Shown piece after piece: positions 38,901-48,535 of a stretch of DNA of 64,000 nt (position 1 is the stretch's first letter; the number at the start of each line of letters is the position of its first letter). The stretch comes from Candidatus Lustribacter sp. (GTDB taxonomy: Bacteria > Vulcanimicrobiota > Vulcanimicrobiia > Vulcanimicrobiales > Vulcanimicrobiaceae). The notes beneath the pieces are model-generated. The model was not told the origin of the DNA. It saw only the letters and a list, made by a program, of their open reading frames with translations, and did no database searches. The DNA lies in NCBI GenBank assembly GCA_965277805.1, contig OZ255842.1, positions 4,256,001-4,320,000 on the forward strand, written 5' to 3'. The position numbers and the translations under genes are program-made.

Positions 38901-41167
38901 GGAAGTTTCCATTGGGCGCGGTCACGGGCCACTGGTCGACGAGCGGCGACGCCATCCTGACGAATCTTGCGATCGCGGGCCCCGGCGGTAACCTCGCCGC
39001 CGACGGTTCGATCTTCCCGGCTGCGGGGGGACCCTTGAACGCGCTGCTGCGCGCGCGGCTGGCGGCCGACCTCAACGCCCAAAACGTCGATCTGGGCACG
39101 TTCCTTCCCGCGGCCGGCTTCCCGTACCCGATCCTCGGGCGGGTCAACGCCGCCGGCCGGATCGCCGGCGTCTTTCCGCGCCTCGCCATCGGCGGGCACG
39201 CGAGCGTCAGCGACGGTCAGCTCGGGCCGTTCCCGGTCATCAGCGCCGACGCCACGACGCACATCGTCGGCGACCGGATCGCGCTCGACTCGGCGAACGC
39301 CGACCTCGGCTTCGCGCGGCTGAGCGGAACGGGCCGGGTCGGGCTCGCGCCGGGCGATCCGCTCGCGCTGCATTTCCACGCCAGCGTCCCCGACCTCGCC
39401 GCGGCGGCGCGGCGCGTGCTGCCCCACCAGCCCCCCGACGTATCGGGCTCGCTCGAGTCCGACGCCGTGCTCGAAGGCACGTTCGTCAAGCCGCACCTGA
39501 CCGCGGGGTTCGATTTCACGCAGCCGCGCTACGGCAAGCTGCTCGTGCAGCGCATCATCGGCAATGTGGAGAGCGATTTCCGCTCGGTCAATCTCGACAG
39601 CGCGGAATTCGTGCTGAACCACGGCTCGGCCGTGGTGGCCGGATCGCTGCCGATCGCGCTGCACCCGGCCGGTATCGGTCCGCCCGACGCGCCGTTGTCG
39701 ATTACCGCCGACGCGCACTCGGTCGACCTGTCGTCGCTGGCGCCGCTGCTGCCCGGCACCGGCACCAAGTTGACCGGGACGGTCGACGGACACCTGGCCC
39801 TGGAAGGCACGGTCCACGCGCCGCGCGTGCTGGGCTCGGTCAGTCTCTCCAACGGCTCATACGTGTCCAACATCGAGACGTCGCCGATCCGCGATGCGGC
39901 CGCCCAGCTCGTCTTTGCCGGCACGTCGGTCGCCCTGCAAGCCTTTCACGCGCGGGTCGGCAACGGAACGATCGACGCCGACGGGCAGCTCGATCTGCCG
40001 GTAGCCACCCCGACGAAGGGCTATGCCGTCAACATCACGGCCAAGGGCGCGCAGGTCAACGTCCCCGGCTTCGGCGGCGGCACGATCGACGGCACGGCGC
40101 AGCTTACCAGCGGTCCCAGCCTTCCGACCTTGAGCGGCGACGTCACGCTCAGCAACGCCACGATCCCGTTCGGCGCGATCTTCAAGGCCGCCGGGGGGCC
40201 GGCGGAGAGCACGGTGCCCGGGGCGCCCCAGTTCGACTTGGGCCTCGATCTGCGCGCCGACGCCAAGAGCATCCGGATCCGCTCGCCGATCATCGACGTC
40301 GGCGCGGCCGGCACGATCGCGCTGACCGGCACGCTGCGCTCGCCGCGCGCGGCGGGGCAGTTCACCGCGACGCGCGGCGGCGTGTTCTCGACCTACCAGC
40401 GGCTGTTCCGGATTCAGGACGCGACCGTCACCTTCGATCCGGCCCGGGGGATCGTGCCGAATCTCGACCTGCACGCGACCGCCCACGTCGACAACCCCGA
40501 CCCCGACCCGGCCCGCAACGCGATCGGCAGCGCCGACATCTCGGTCGCGGTCACCGGTCCCGCCGATGCCTACACGATCAGCTACTCCTCGCAGCCGGCC
40601 TACTCGCAGGCGCAGATCATCGCGCTGCTGGTCGATCTGCCGGTGCTCGGCTCGCTCAATTTCGGCGACAGCCAGCCGGTCGGCACGCTCCGCGGCGCAC
40701 CCGGCGAATCCGACGCGTTTCTCCCGCCCGGCGTCACGCCGTACAAAACCGGTATCACACCGATCCAGCAAGAGGCATTCTCGTTGTTCAACACTCAGCT
40801 CACCCAGCGCTTGCTTTCGCCGCTTGAGAATGCGTTCGGCGGCGCGCTTGGTTTGACCGATCTCGAATTGACGCTCGACTACGGCGGACGCGTCGGGTAC
40901 ACGGCCCGCCAACAGCTCTCCAAGAAGCACGCGGTCTACGCGACCGTCGGGCAGATTTTGAGCGCTCCGACGCGCACGCAAATCGGCTTCGCATCCAAGC
41001 CGGACCCAGCGACGACGATCAGCTTCACCTACTTCCAGCAAAACGGAACGCCCTATTTTTCCAACTCGATCTTCGGCAATACAAGCACCGTCGAAATCCA
41101 GAACGGCATTCAGCCGCTGTCGGATCGGCAGGGCTTCAGCCTCATCCTGAGCCGGAGTTATCCGTGA
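35948..41167 (+). CDS. tamB: TamB/AsmA-like (DUF490) translocation and assembly protein
   Basis: 1739 aa, N-terminal TM anchor, repetitive Gly-rich beta strands, DUF490-like C-terminus (LTGTLRSP, PNLDLHA, SQPAYSQAQIIALL); directly upstream of bamA. Confidence 0.78.
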   Translation: MSERLKVLRGRWGGAIAIAAVLVLVAAFAHHALAKFAVSRGIGAALGYDVRFGDMSLGWSHATLTDVHVRKNGDPVFDAGRVDIDYALRDIFPGGKHRYGFAGLSVDDPTLTLVRHADGSYNFNRGGSSSSPPQSTQAAAEPLLFSARVRDGTLRIIDQAPLEPDLAEQTIANVSIDASVQSNARTVARVDGVLIGRRTQAAPIERWPLSVRSVIDYNRGFALHRFRAPELPLRGLLNFLVHAKIARFDDGVMRNVDVRAYALNIDAGKPFGYALGGGGTLEGAQITLGPLAKPVRDLHGQIDLFDDGVTSSDLRGTVAGVPLRIRGGMYDFADVHFQLGISADPELTQLRTLFAFLRDQPVRGPMHIETMVTATAAQPLIRTVVASPRVYYDTIPLDRAGGTVDYEAGVVSFSGFHTGFGALQSTLGGQVNVNLPIAELEGAVHVEGPASSLPYAQAIAAGETIRGDAIIGGNGVHGFRARGTIDSDGAHGSGQGFLDVDEHGSGEFGPFLFTRDDGSLLAGAFRLERPISASAGWAVVQHYRFAVPEHNAVLPGVKMVGFPLIGGIVDAQIVAGGPPSGFAVAGHVRMRDARFEHYPLGDLAADLGGTFDDMRLRDITLAGPRGRFRGDGAVARGVFGVRGTYDGSLADLRAFTGDIGARGDVHAPVAALVDDRGVTVQTSGAVLTGGSIHGVALGAASGTMLIAGTSVRIITGSATLDGAHAVAAARNGETAISMVGVPAAAFAGSGLPLDAGRVSVFGLGNLDRPDFHGSIDLDRGRAMGFPVGGWVDIALTGRSLSIRDGIAALGDTYGRLGGRLDDIGGAKFRYDLDAGVRLGDVGGLIRDLHLPLRYAEGSFAGQVRINGDAAGTAVSGTVSAPEGSYNGLAFRDAGGRLSVDPGSAIRVDDGRVTIGSTQATFQAAVGAGALSVSAQSAAADLADFDDYFDQSGTLSGTGALSFSFRNDGRHTSSSGQIALAGTRVRKFPLGAVTGHWSTSGDAILTNLAIAGPGGNLAADGSIFPAAGGPLNALLRARLAADLNAQNVDLGTFLPAAGFPYPILGRVNAAGRIAGVFPRLAIGGHASVSDGQLGPFPVISADATTHIVGDRIALDSANADLGFARLSGTGRVGLAPGDPLALHFHASVPDLAAAARRVLPHQPPDVSGSLESDAVLEGTFVKPHLTAGFDFTQPRYGKLLVQRIIGNVESDFRSVNLDSAEFVLNHGSAVVAGSLPIALHPAGIGPPDAPLSITADAHSVDLSSLAPLLPGTGTKLTGTVDGHLALEGTVHAPRVLGSVSLSNGSYVSNIETSPIRDAAAQLVFAGTSVALQAFHARVGNGTIDADGQLDLPVATPTKGYAVNITAKGAQVNVPGFGGGTIDGTAQLTSGPSLPTLSGDVTLSNATIPFGAIFKAAGGPAESTVPGAPQFDLGLDLRADAKSIRIRSPIIDVGAAGTIALTGTLRSPRAAGQFTATRGGVFSTYQRLFRIQDATVTFDPARGIVPNLDLHATAHVDNPDPDPARNAIGSADISVAVTGPADAYTISYSSQPAYSQAQIIALLVDLPVLGSLNFGDSQPVGTLRGAPGESDAFLPPGVTPYKTGITPIQQEAFSLFNTQLTQRLLSPLENAFGGALGLTDLELTLDYGGRVGYTARQQLSKKHAVYATVGQILSAPTRTQIGFASKPDPATTISFTYFQQNGTPYFSNSIFGNTSTVEIQNGIQPLSDRQGFSLILSRSYP

Positions 41168-43626
41168 GCGTTCACAAGGCCATACCAGTCGTAAGGCATA
41201 AAGTTCGGGCCCGGGAACCCGGCACGTTCCGTGCCCGTTGGTTTCCACAAGGTGCGCGCGCCCGCGCCCCAGTCATCGCTCGCAGGGACAGAAGTTTGCT
41301 CGATTGGTTTGGCCGCGCGCCGCGCACGGGGCTCGCGCTCCTCGCATTGTTCGGTTTACTCATGCCGGCCGCAGTCGGCGCGCCAACCCCGACGCCTCCA
41401 GCTGCAGCGCCGACGCCGGCTCCGGCGAGTGCTCCGGCATCGCCGGGTGCGCCAGCCGTTGCGCCGACCGTGGTCGACGTCTCGGTGACGGGCAATACGC
41501 ACGTGCCGACGGACGTGATTCTGTCCGCGGTGAAAACGAAGGTGGGCGAACCGTTCGATCCGGCCGTCGTGACCGACGATCTGCGCGCGATCAACGATCT
41601 CGGCTACTTTGCCGACCAGGCGCCGCCGGTCATCAAGCAGCGTCCCGACGGCGTGTCGGTCACGTTCCGCGTGGTCGAGAACCCGGTCGTCACCAGCATC
41701 CGCTTTCAGGGCAACAAGTCGATTTCGGCCGACACCCTGACCGCGCTCATGGACACCTCGGTCGGTAAAGTCTTCAACCTCAAGACGTATCAAGAAGACG
41801 TCCTGAAGATCAATTCGTATTACGACAAGATCGGATACGGCGGTCAGGTTCCCTCGCACGTCACCGACGTCAACATCGACACGAACGGCGTGCTGACGCT
41901 GACGATTCAAGAAGGCTTGACGGTTCGCAACGTCATCATCGTGCAGCCGCCGGATGCGGATCCCGTATTGCCGGCGCGGCTGATCACCGCCGCGCTCGTA
42001 ACCAAACCGGGCAGCACGTATTCCGAAGCGCAGCGCGACAAAGACACCGACAAGCTCAAAGATCTCTACAAACAGTACGATCTGACCATCGGCGATTTCG
42101 AAGCCGGCATCGATCCGGCCACCGTCGACACGAAGGCCGGTACGGCCGACGTGCGTTACGCGATTTCCGTCGCCCGCGTCGGCGCGGTCGAGATCACCGG
42201 CAACACGACGACGCACGACGACGTGATCCGGCGCGAGCTGCGGATGAAGCCCGGCATGCTCGTCACGGACTCCGGCGTGCGCAACGATTACAACCGGCTC
42301 AACAACCTCGGCTTCTTCGAGAAGGTCGACGTCTCGACCAATCCGGGCCCGGATCCGAAACGCCCGGCGTACGTCACGCTGCACTGGAGCGTCAAGGAAC
42401 AACGCACCGGGACGGCCCAAATCGGCGCCGGCTACTCGGGCGGCATCACCGGCACCGGCCTCACCGGCAACATCTCGTATTCGCAGAACAACATCAACGG
42501 CACGGGTAACGGCGCCTCGATCAAACTCGAGCGCGGCACGCAAGTCAGCGACGCCGAACTGTCGTTCGCGGTGCCGTATCTCGGCAACACGGAAGCCTGG
42601 CAGAAGTACAGCGGCTCGGTGACGATCTTCACCCAGTCGCAAACCAACTACTATCCGGTCTATCAGGCGACGCCCGCGCCGGCGCCGGGAATTACCTCGA
42701 CGCCGATTCCGGTCGGCGCGAACATCCCGGTTTCGATCGTGCCGGCCGATCCGACCAACTACGTGCTCGAGAGCGGCGTAGCGGCGACGTATCAAACGGC
42801 GTCCACCGGCTTCACGGCCTCGATCGGCCGCCGGTTCTCGGATTACTTCCGCGGTTCGCTCGGCTTGAATATCCAAGAAGTCTCAGCCAACGCCACGGTG
42901 CCGCTGCCGTACTTCTTCCCGAGCGAGCAAAACCTCAACCCGATCGCGCTAGCGTCGTCGAGTCCGCTCGACGGTCAAACCACCAGCGCCTCGACCGCCA
43001 TCGGCATCACGGCACCGTCGATCGCCAACATCAATTCGTCGCAACCGTACGCCCTGCACAGCGTCGTGTTCGGCGTCGGCGTCGATACGCGCGACGACAT
43101 CCAGAATCCGCGCACGGGCTGGTCGAGTTCGATCGCCGATGAGGTCTCGAACACCGCCATCGGTTCGGCCTTCGATTATTCGCAAATAACGTTCGACGTG
43201 GCGAAGTTCTTCCCGACGCTCAAACACTCGACGTTCGGCGTTCACTTCCGCTACGGCGTTACCGACGGCGCGATCCCGGTCAACAAACTCTACACCTTCT
43301 CCGATCAGCAGTTGCGCGGCTACACGAACCCGTTCTACGGGACCAACATCGCGCTGGTCCAAGCCGAGCTGCGCTATCCGCTCACGGCCGACCGCAAGGT
43401 GTCGATCGTGCTCTTCGGCGACGAAGGTGCGACGCGCATCGTCGGCGGTCAGCAGCTCAACAGCGACAACTCCACCACCGACCTGAATTCGTTCATCTGG
43501 CATGCCGATGCCGGGGTCGGCGTACGATTCGACATCCCGCAGCTGGGTCTGCACACGCTGCGCCTCGACTTCGGTAAGGGATCGCTCGGCACGCACATCT
43601 CGTTCGGCATCGGTCAGGCGTTCTAG
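41164..43626 (+). CDS. bamA: Omp85/BamA outer-membrane protein assembly factor
   Basis: Three POTRA-like repeats (VTGN...GYF; FQGN; ITGN-T-DDVIRREL...LGFF), VKEQRTG, barrel with LRGY, terminal FGIGQAF; true start may be downstream. Confidence 0.9.
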   Translation: MSVHKAIPVVRHKVRAREPGTFRARWFPQGARARAPVIARRDRSLLDWFGRAPRTGLALLALFGLLMPAAVGAPTPTPPAAAPTPAPASAPASPGAPAVAPTVVDVSVTGNTHVPTDVILSAVKTKVGEPFDPAVVTDDLRAINDLGYFADQAPPVIKQRPDGVSVTFRVVENPVVTSIRFQGNKSISADTLTALMDTSVGKVFNLKTYQEDVLKINSYYDKIGYGGQVPSHVTDVNIDTNGVLTLTIQEGLTVRNVIIVQPPDADPVLPARLITAALVTKPGSTYSEAQRDKDTDKLKDLYKQYDLTIGDFEAGIDPATVDTKAGTADVRYAISVARVGAVEITGNTTTHDDVIRRELRMKPGMLVTDSGVRNDYNRLNNLGFFEKVDVSTNPGPDPKRPAYVTLHWSVKEQRTGTAQIGAGYSGGITGTGLTGNISYSQNNINGTGNGASIKLERGTQVSDAELSFAVPYLGNTEAWQKYSGSVTIFTQSQTNYYPVYQATPAPAPGITSTPIPVGANIPVSIVPADPTNYVLESGVAATYQTASTGFTASIGRRFSDYFRGSLGLNIQEVSANATVPLPYFFPSEQNLNPIALASSSPLDGQTTSASTAIGITAPSIANINSSQPYALHSVVFGVGVDTRDDIQNPRTGWSSSIADEVSNTAIGSAFDYSQITFDVAKFFPTLKHSTFGVHFRYGVTDGAIPVNKLYTFSDQQLRGYTNPFYGTNIALVQAELRYPLTADRKVSIVLFGDEGATRIVGGQQLNSDNSTTDLNSFIWHADAGVGVRFDIPQLGLHTLRLDFGKGSLGTHISFGIGQAF

Positions 43627-43632
43627 AACACG

Positions 43633-44445
43633 ATGGAAATGAACACGTTACGCATCGCATCGCGCGTCACGGCACTGGCCGGATTGGCGCTCGTCCTCAC
43701 GGCCGCACCGGCCGTGCTGGCTCAGGAAACGACCGACATCGGGTACGTCGATCAGAATGCACTCTCGTCGATCCCGACTTTCACCGCGGCACGCAAGCAG
43801 ATCGACGCGTACGGCGGCGGTCTGCAAAAAACGTACATCGCGCGCGCCCGCGGCGCTTCGCCGGCCGAACAGCAGCGCCTGAGTGCGGAGTTCCAGCAGA
43901 AGATCGCCGACAAGCAGCGCCAGCTGCTCGGCCCGATCTTCGCCCGCGCGCAGGTCGCGATCGCCTCGGTCGCGTCGAGCCATAACCTCTCGATCGTCGT
44001 GGACAAGCAGATCATCATCGTCGGCGGACAAGACATCACGGGCCCGGTCCGCGATCTGCTCACCGGCGTCGGCGAACCGGTGCCGCCGGTGAATACCCCG
44101 GCACCGTCGACGGTCGGCTACGTGGATCAGACCCAAATCGATGCCTTGCCGGCGATCAAAGCCGCCTCGACCGATTTCCAAAAATTCAAGGCGACCGAAG
44201 ATCAGGATGCCGCCGCGAAATTCAAGACGGCGAAAACGCAAGCCGACCGCGATGCGATCATGAAAGATTATCAAAAGGCGCTCACCGACAAGCAGAGTGC
44301 GACGCTGAAGCCCCTGGTCGACAAAACCCAAGCCGCGATGGCGAGCGTGGCGCAAAAACGTGGACTCATTCTGGTGGTCGATCGCGGCAACGTGATCTAC
44401 GGCGGCACGGATATCACGGCCGACGTCACCAGCGCGATGAAGTAG
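43633..44445 (+). CDS. OmpH/Skp family chaperone with two tandem domains
   Basis: Signal peptide; two repeats IGYVD...VA-L-IVVDK...GGQDIT and VGYVD...VAQKRGL-VVD...YGGTDIT. Confidence 0.88.
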   Translation: MEMNTLRIASRVTALAGLALVLTAAPAVLAQETTDIGYVDQNALSSIPTFTAARKQIDAYGGGLQKTYIARARGASPAEQQRLSAEFQQKIADKQRQLLGPIFARAQVAIASVASSHNLSIVVDKQIIIVGGQDITGPVRDLLTGVGEPVPPVNTPAPSTVGYVDQTQIDALPAIKAASTDFQKFKATEDQDAAAKFKTAKTQADRDAIMKDYQKALTDKQSATLKPLVDKTQAAMASVAQKRGLILVVDRGNVIYGGTDITADVTSAMK

Positions 44446-44446
44446 C

Positions 44447-45766
44447 TTGCGCAGACGACTGCTGGCGCTCGCCGCGTGCGGGTTGCTCGCCGCGTGCGCG
44501 CACGGGAGTTCGGAAACGCCCGCGGCAGCGCCGTCGGGCGGTCGCGTCGGGTACGTGCGCATGGACGACCTGGTGAAGAAGCACCCGCTCTTCGGCCAGC
44601 TCGCTCAATACGATGCCAATATCGCGGCGCTCAACCTCAGCGCGCTGGTTCCGCACGTGCTGGCCGGCAGCGCGCAGCTGAAGGCCGAGCAGGCGCGGCT
44701 CGAAGCGCAGCTCGAGGCCGCGGCCAAACGCACCGATGCGCTGCTTGCCGCCAAAGGCAAGAGCTATCAGGACCGCGAGAACGCCGCGATCGCCGCCGCC
44801 CTGCGCGGCGCGGGCGGCGCCGGCGGTCCGAGCGTGGCTGCCATCGAGTCGCAAATGCAAGGCACGGCGAGCTCGCAAGCCGCCGGCGCGGGCGCGCAAG
44901 CCCAGCGCGACCTCGATACGTACCGCAAGCAGCTCGAAGCGCAGGACAACGCGCAGATCACGGCCGCGCAGCGCACGCTCGCCGCACGCGCCGACCGGAC
45001 GTACCGCGCGAAGGCCGACGAACTCAACGCCAAGGAGTCCGCGCTCTCGCTGATGCTGGCGAATGCCGACGCCGCCGAACGGCTCTCGCTGCGAACGCGC
45101 CTCTCGAGCCTCGCGCTCGACGAAGCGGCCCGCACCGACGCCAACAACCAGCTCGCGGCGCTCGATCGCAAGGAAGCCGATCAGGTCGCGGCGCTGCACA
45201 ACATCGACGCGCAGCAGCTGGCGACGCTGCAAGCGCAACTGCGCGCCGGCATCGAGAAAGACATGGGCACGCAGGTGGCCCAGATCCGGCAGCGTTCGGT
45301 GCAGCGCTTCCGCGACCGCGCCGATCAGCTGCGCACGCAATTCCAAACCGCGAGCGGCCCGCTGATCAAGACCTCGGCCAACGGCACCGCGACGGTCAAT
45401 CCGAACCTCCCGCCGGCCTTGCGTCAACGCATCACGCAGCTCCACGCCGACTACACGGCGGCGTTTCAGAACGACGCCAAACAAACCGTGGCCGATTTCC
45501 AGAAGACGCGCGCCGACCTCACCGCGCGCTACCGGCTCCTGACCGGAACCGATGCCGCCGCGGCGCAGAGCGCGCAGTCGGAGATTCTCTCGCTCGAGAA
45601 GAAGCGTCAGGACCTCTACCAGCAGATGGTGGCCCAAATCAATCGTGAAGTGAAGACGATCGCGCAGGAGCGCGGCGTCTCGACCGTGGTCAGCACGGTC
45701 GCGCCGGCCGGCGGCGTCGATCTCACCGGCGACGCTATGAAAGACATCGAAACGTTACATGAATAA
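44447..45766 (+). CDS. Lipoprotein with Skp-like termini and a long coiled coil
   Basis: Lipobox LLAAC; VGYVRMDDLV-KHP at the N-terminus, IAQERGVS...GGVDLT at the C-terminus; Ala/Gln-rich helical middle. Confidence 0.72.
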   Translation: MRRRLLALAACGLLAACAHGSSETPAAAPSGGRVGYVRMDDLVKKHPLFGQLAQYDANIAALNLSALVPHVLAGSAQLKAEQARLEAQLEAAAKRTDALLAAKGKSYQDRENAAIAAALRGAGGAGGPSVAAIESQMQGTASSQAAGAGAQAQRDLDTYRKQLEAQDNAQITAAQRTLAARADRTYRAKADELNAKESALSLMLANADAAERLSLRTRLSSLALDEAARTDANNQLAALDRKEADQVAALHNIDAQQLATLQAQLRAGIEKDMGTQVAQIRQRSVQRFRDRADQLRTQFQTASGPLIKTSANGTATVNPNLPPALRQRITQLHADYTAAFQNDAKQTVADFQKTRADLTARYRLLTGTDAAAAQSAQSEILSLEKKRQDLYQQMVAQINREVKTIAQERGVSTVVSTVAPAGGVDLTGDAMKDIETLHE

Positions 45767-46172
45767 CCGCTTCGGGTTCGCCGCGCTTGCGGCGTCGCTC
45801 TTGGTCATGACCGCCTGTTCGAAACCGCCCGCCGGCGGCGACATCGGGCTCATCGACGTGCAGCGCCTCTCGGCGAACTGGCCGAAGTTCTTGAACTATC
45901 AGAACCAGCTCAATGCCGACGTGAACGCCGTGCGAACCTCGCACCAGTCCGATAGCCAGAAGGCGCGCGAGATGGCCGGGCTGCAGTACCGTTTTCAAAC
46001 CAACCAAACCGAGCTGACCAACAACGTCCACGACGCGGCGCAGCAAGTCGCCAACGACAAACATCTGCGTTTCGTATTCACCCGGCAGAACGTGGGTTAC
46101 GGCGGCGTCGACATCACGCCCGACGTCGAGAAGATTCTCCAAATCGTCGAAAAGCCGACGCCTTCCCCGTGA
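45759..46172 (+). CDS. Small OmpH/Skp-like lipoprotein
   Basis: Lipobox VMTAC; IGLIDV, VANDKHL-FVF...YGGVDIT. Confidence 0.8.
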   Translation: MNNRFGFAALAASLLVMTACSKPPAGGDIGLIDVQRLSANWPKFLNYQNQLNADVNAVRTSHQSDSQKAREMAGLQYRFQTNQTELTNNVHDAAQQVANDKHLRFVFTRQNVGYGGVDITPDVEKILQIVEKPTPSP

Positions 46173-47218
46173 TCGCCGACCTCGGTACGCTCGCGGAGAT
46201 CGCGGCGCGGACCGGCGGCCGGGTGATCGGTGACGCCGGCGTGCGCGTCGGCTTCATCGCCGCGATCGACGACGTCGACGCGACCGCCATGACGTTTGCG
46301 ACCGACGAGCGTTTTTTGCGCGCGGCGCTGGCATCGCGCGCGGCGGCGATTCTGGCCGACGAAAAACTCATCGACCCGCAAGCGAACTACCCCAAACCGA
46401 TCGTGGCGGTGACCTCTCCGCGGCTCGCGCTCGCCACGCTGCTCGCGCTGCTGGAAGCGCCGCGGCCGCGCGGTCCGCACGTCCACCCGAGCGCCGTCAT
46501 CGACCCGAGCGCAACGCTCGGCACGGCCGTGTACGTGGGTCCGCTGGTGACGGTCGGCGCGACCGCATCGATCGGCGCTGAGACGGTGCTCTCGGCCGGC
46601 GTCGTGATCGGCGCGGGTGCGCGCGTCGGGGCGCAGTGCATGCTCCATCCGCGCGCATATGTGGCCGACCGCTGCGTCGTCGGCGACCGGGTGGTGCTGC
46701 AGGCGCAAGCGATCGTCGGCAGCGACGGCTTCGGCTGGGCCTTTCTCGACGGCGCGCTGCAGAAGATTCCGCAGATCGGCATCGTCGAAATCGGCGACGA
46801 TGTGGAGATCGGCGCGAACACGTGCATCGATCGCGCGCAAACCGGCGTGACCTCGATCGGCAACGGCACGAAGATCGACAATCTCTGTCAGATCGGCCAC
46901 AACTGCCGCATCGGCAAACATTCCGCGATCGCGGCGCTGACCGGCCTCGCCGGAACGACGACGATCGGCGATTACGTGCAGGTCGGCGGCCAGAGCGGTT
47001 TTGCCGGACACCTGACGATCGGCGACGGAGCAAAAATCGCCGGCGGCAGCGAGGTCTGGAGCGATGTCGCCGCCGGTGCAAGCGTCAGCGGCTCGCCGGC
47101 GCGCGCGCACCGGGAGAACTTGCGGGTACAGGCGTCCGTACGGCGCCTTCCGAAACTCTACGAACGCGTCGAAGCGCTCGAAAAATCGCGCGCAATCGAA
47201 CATCCCGGCGAGCCGTGA
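46169..47218 (+). CDS. lpxD: UDP-3-O-acyl-glucosamine N-acyltransferase
   Basis: Hexapeptide repeats; [33 protein letters not shown]. Confidence 0.96.
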   Translation: MIADLGTLAEIAARTGGRVIGDAGVRVGFIAAIDDVDATAMTFATDERFLRAALASRAAAILADEKLIDPQANYPKPIVAVTSPRLALATLLALLEAPRPRGPHVHPSAVIDPSATLGTAVYVGPLVTVGATASIGAETVLSAGVVIGAGARVGAQCMLHPRAYVADRCVVGDRVVLQAQAIVGSDGFGWAFLDGALQKIPQIGIVEIGDDVEIGANTCIDRAQTGVTSIGNGTKIDNLCQIGHNCRIGKHSAIAALTGLAGTTTIGDYVQVGGQSGFAGHLTIGDGAKIAGGSEVWSDVAAGASVSGSPARAHRENLRVQASVRRLPKLYERVEALEKSRAIEHPGEP

Positions 47219-47221
47219 ACT

Positions 47222-48058
47222 CTGCAGAATCAAGCAACGCTCCGCAACGCGATCGAATTTTCAGGCACCGGTTTGCACACCGGGCGGCCGGCGCACGTGC
47301 GCGTTCTTCCCGCGCCCGCCGCTAGCGGGCTGCGCTTTCGGCTCGACGATGCGGTCGAGTTTCCGGCGCATCCGGATTACGTCGTCGACACGCGCCGCGC
47401 CACCGTCCTCGGTCTGGGCGAACATCGCGTTTCGACGGTCGAGCATTTGCTCTCGGCGCTCTGCGGCAGCGGCGTGACGAACGCGCTGATCGCCGTCGAC
47501 GGCCCGGAGATTCCGGCATCGGACGGCAGCGCGCTCGAGTTCATCGACGCGATCGACGCCGCCGGCATCGACGAACAGCCGTTGCCGCGCGCGTGCAACG
47601 TCGTGCGCGAGCCGCACGTGTTTCGCGACGGCGACAAGCTGCTCGCGATCGTGCCGGCGCCCGCGTTCCGGGTGCGCATGACGATCGACTTTCCGGCACC
47701 GGTCGGCTCGCAATACGTCGACTACGACAGCGCGGCGGTGACGTATCGTACCGCGGTCGCACCCAATCGCACGTTCGGTTTTCGCCACGAGGTCGAAGCG
47801 CTGCTCGCGCGCGGGCTCGCCATGGGCGGCTCGCTCGACAACGCGGTCGTGTTCGACGTCGAGGGCCCGATGGTGCCTCTGCGCGCCGCCGACGAGCCGG
47901 CGCGGCACAAGGTGCTGGATCTGATCGGCGACTTCGCGCTCCTCGGCGCCTACCCGCAGTGCGAGATCATCGCGATCAAGAGCGGTCACGCGCTTCACTT
48001 TACCGCGGTGCGGGCGCTGGTCGACCGCGCTGCCGTCGGCGCGGCGAGCGCGGGCTAA
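47222..48058 (+). CDS. lpxC: UDP-3-O-acyl-N-acetylglucosamine deacetylase (probable CTG start)
   Basis: QATL...GTGLHTG, TVEHLLSAL, EIPASDGSA, RTFGF, GGSLDNA, RHKVLDLIGD, KSGH; conserved N-terminus lies upstream of the first canonical start (47273). Confidence 0.95.
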   Translation: MQNQATLRNAIEFSGTGLHTGRPAHVRVLPAPAASGLRFRLDDAVEFPAHPDYVVDTRRATVLGLGEHRVSTVEHLLSALCGSGVTNALIAVDGPEIPASDGSALEFIDAIDAAGIDEQPLPRACNVVREPHVFRDGDKLLAIVPAPAFRVRMTIDFPAPVGSQYVDYDSAAVTYRTAVAPNRTFGFRHEVEALLARGLAMGGSLDNAVVFDVEGPMVPLRAADEPARHKVLDLIGDFALLGAYPQCEIIAIKSGHALHFTAVRALVDRAAVGAASAG

Positions 48059-48061
48059 GCG

Positions 48062-48535
48062 ATGGCGATCATCGACGTGCGCGAGATCATGACGATCTTG
48101 CCGCACCGCTACCCGATGCTCTTGATCGACCGCATCCTTGAACTCGAGCCGATGACCTACGCGCGCGGCTACAAGAACATCACCTTCAACGAACCGATGT
48201 TCGCCGGCCACTTTCCGGGCAATCCCGTGTTGCCCGGCGTGTACATGATCGAAGCACTGGCGCAGCTCGGCGGCTGCACGGTGCTCGAGCCCGGCGACAT
48301 GGCGCGCAAACTCGTGTATCTGGTCGGCATCGACAAGGTGAAGTTCCGGCGCCCGGTCGTGCCGGGCGACCGGCTCGATATGGAAGCGCGCGTGTTGCGC
48401 ACGCGGCGCAACGTCGGCTGGGTGAGCGTCGAAGCGACGGTCGAGGGGAAGACCGCCTGCAGCGGCGAGCTGATGTTCTCGATCGGCGGCGACGCGGCCA
48501 GCACCGCCTACGGCGCGGCGATCCTGAACCAGTGA
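48062..48535 (+). CDS. fabZ: 3-hydroxyacyl-ACP dehydratase
   Basis: LPHRYPMLLIDR, NEP-FAGHFP-PVLPGV-IEALAQ, KFRRPVVPGD. Confidence 0.97.
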   Translation: MAIIDVREIMTILPHRYPMLLIDRILELEPMTYARGYKNITFNEPMFAGHFPGNPVLPGVYMIEALAQLGGCTVLEPGDMARKLVYLVGIDKVKFRRPVVPGDRLDMEARVLRTRRNVGWVSVEATVEGKTACSGELMFSIGGDAASTAYGAAILNQ

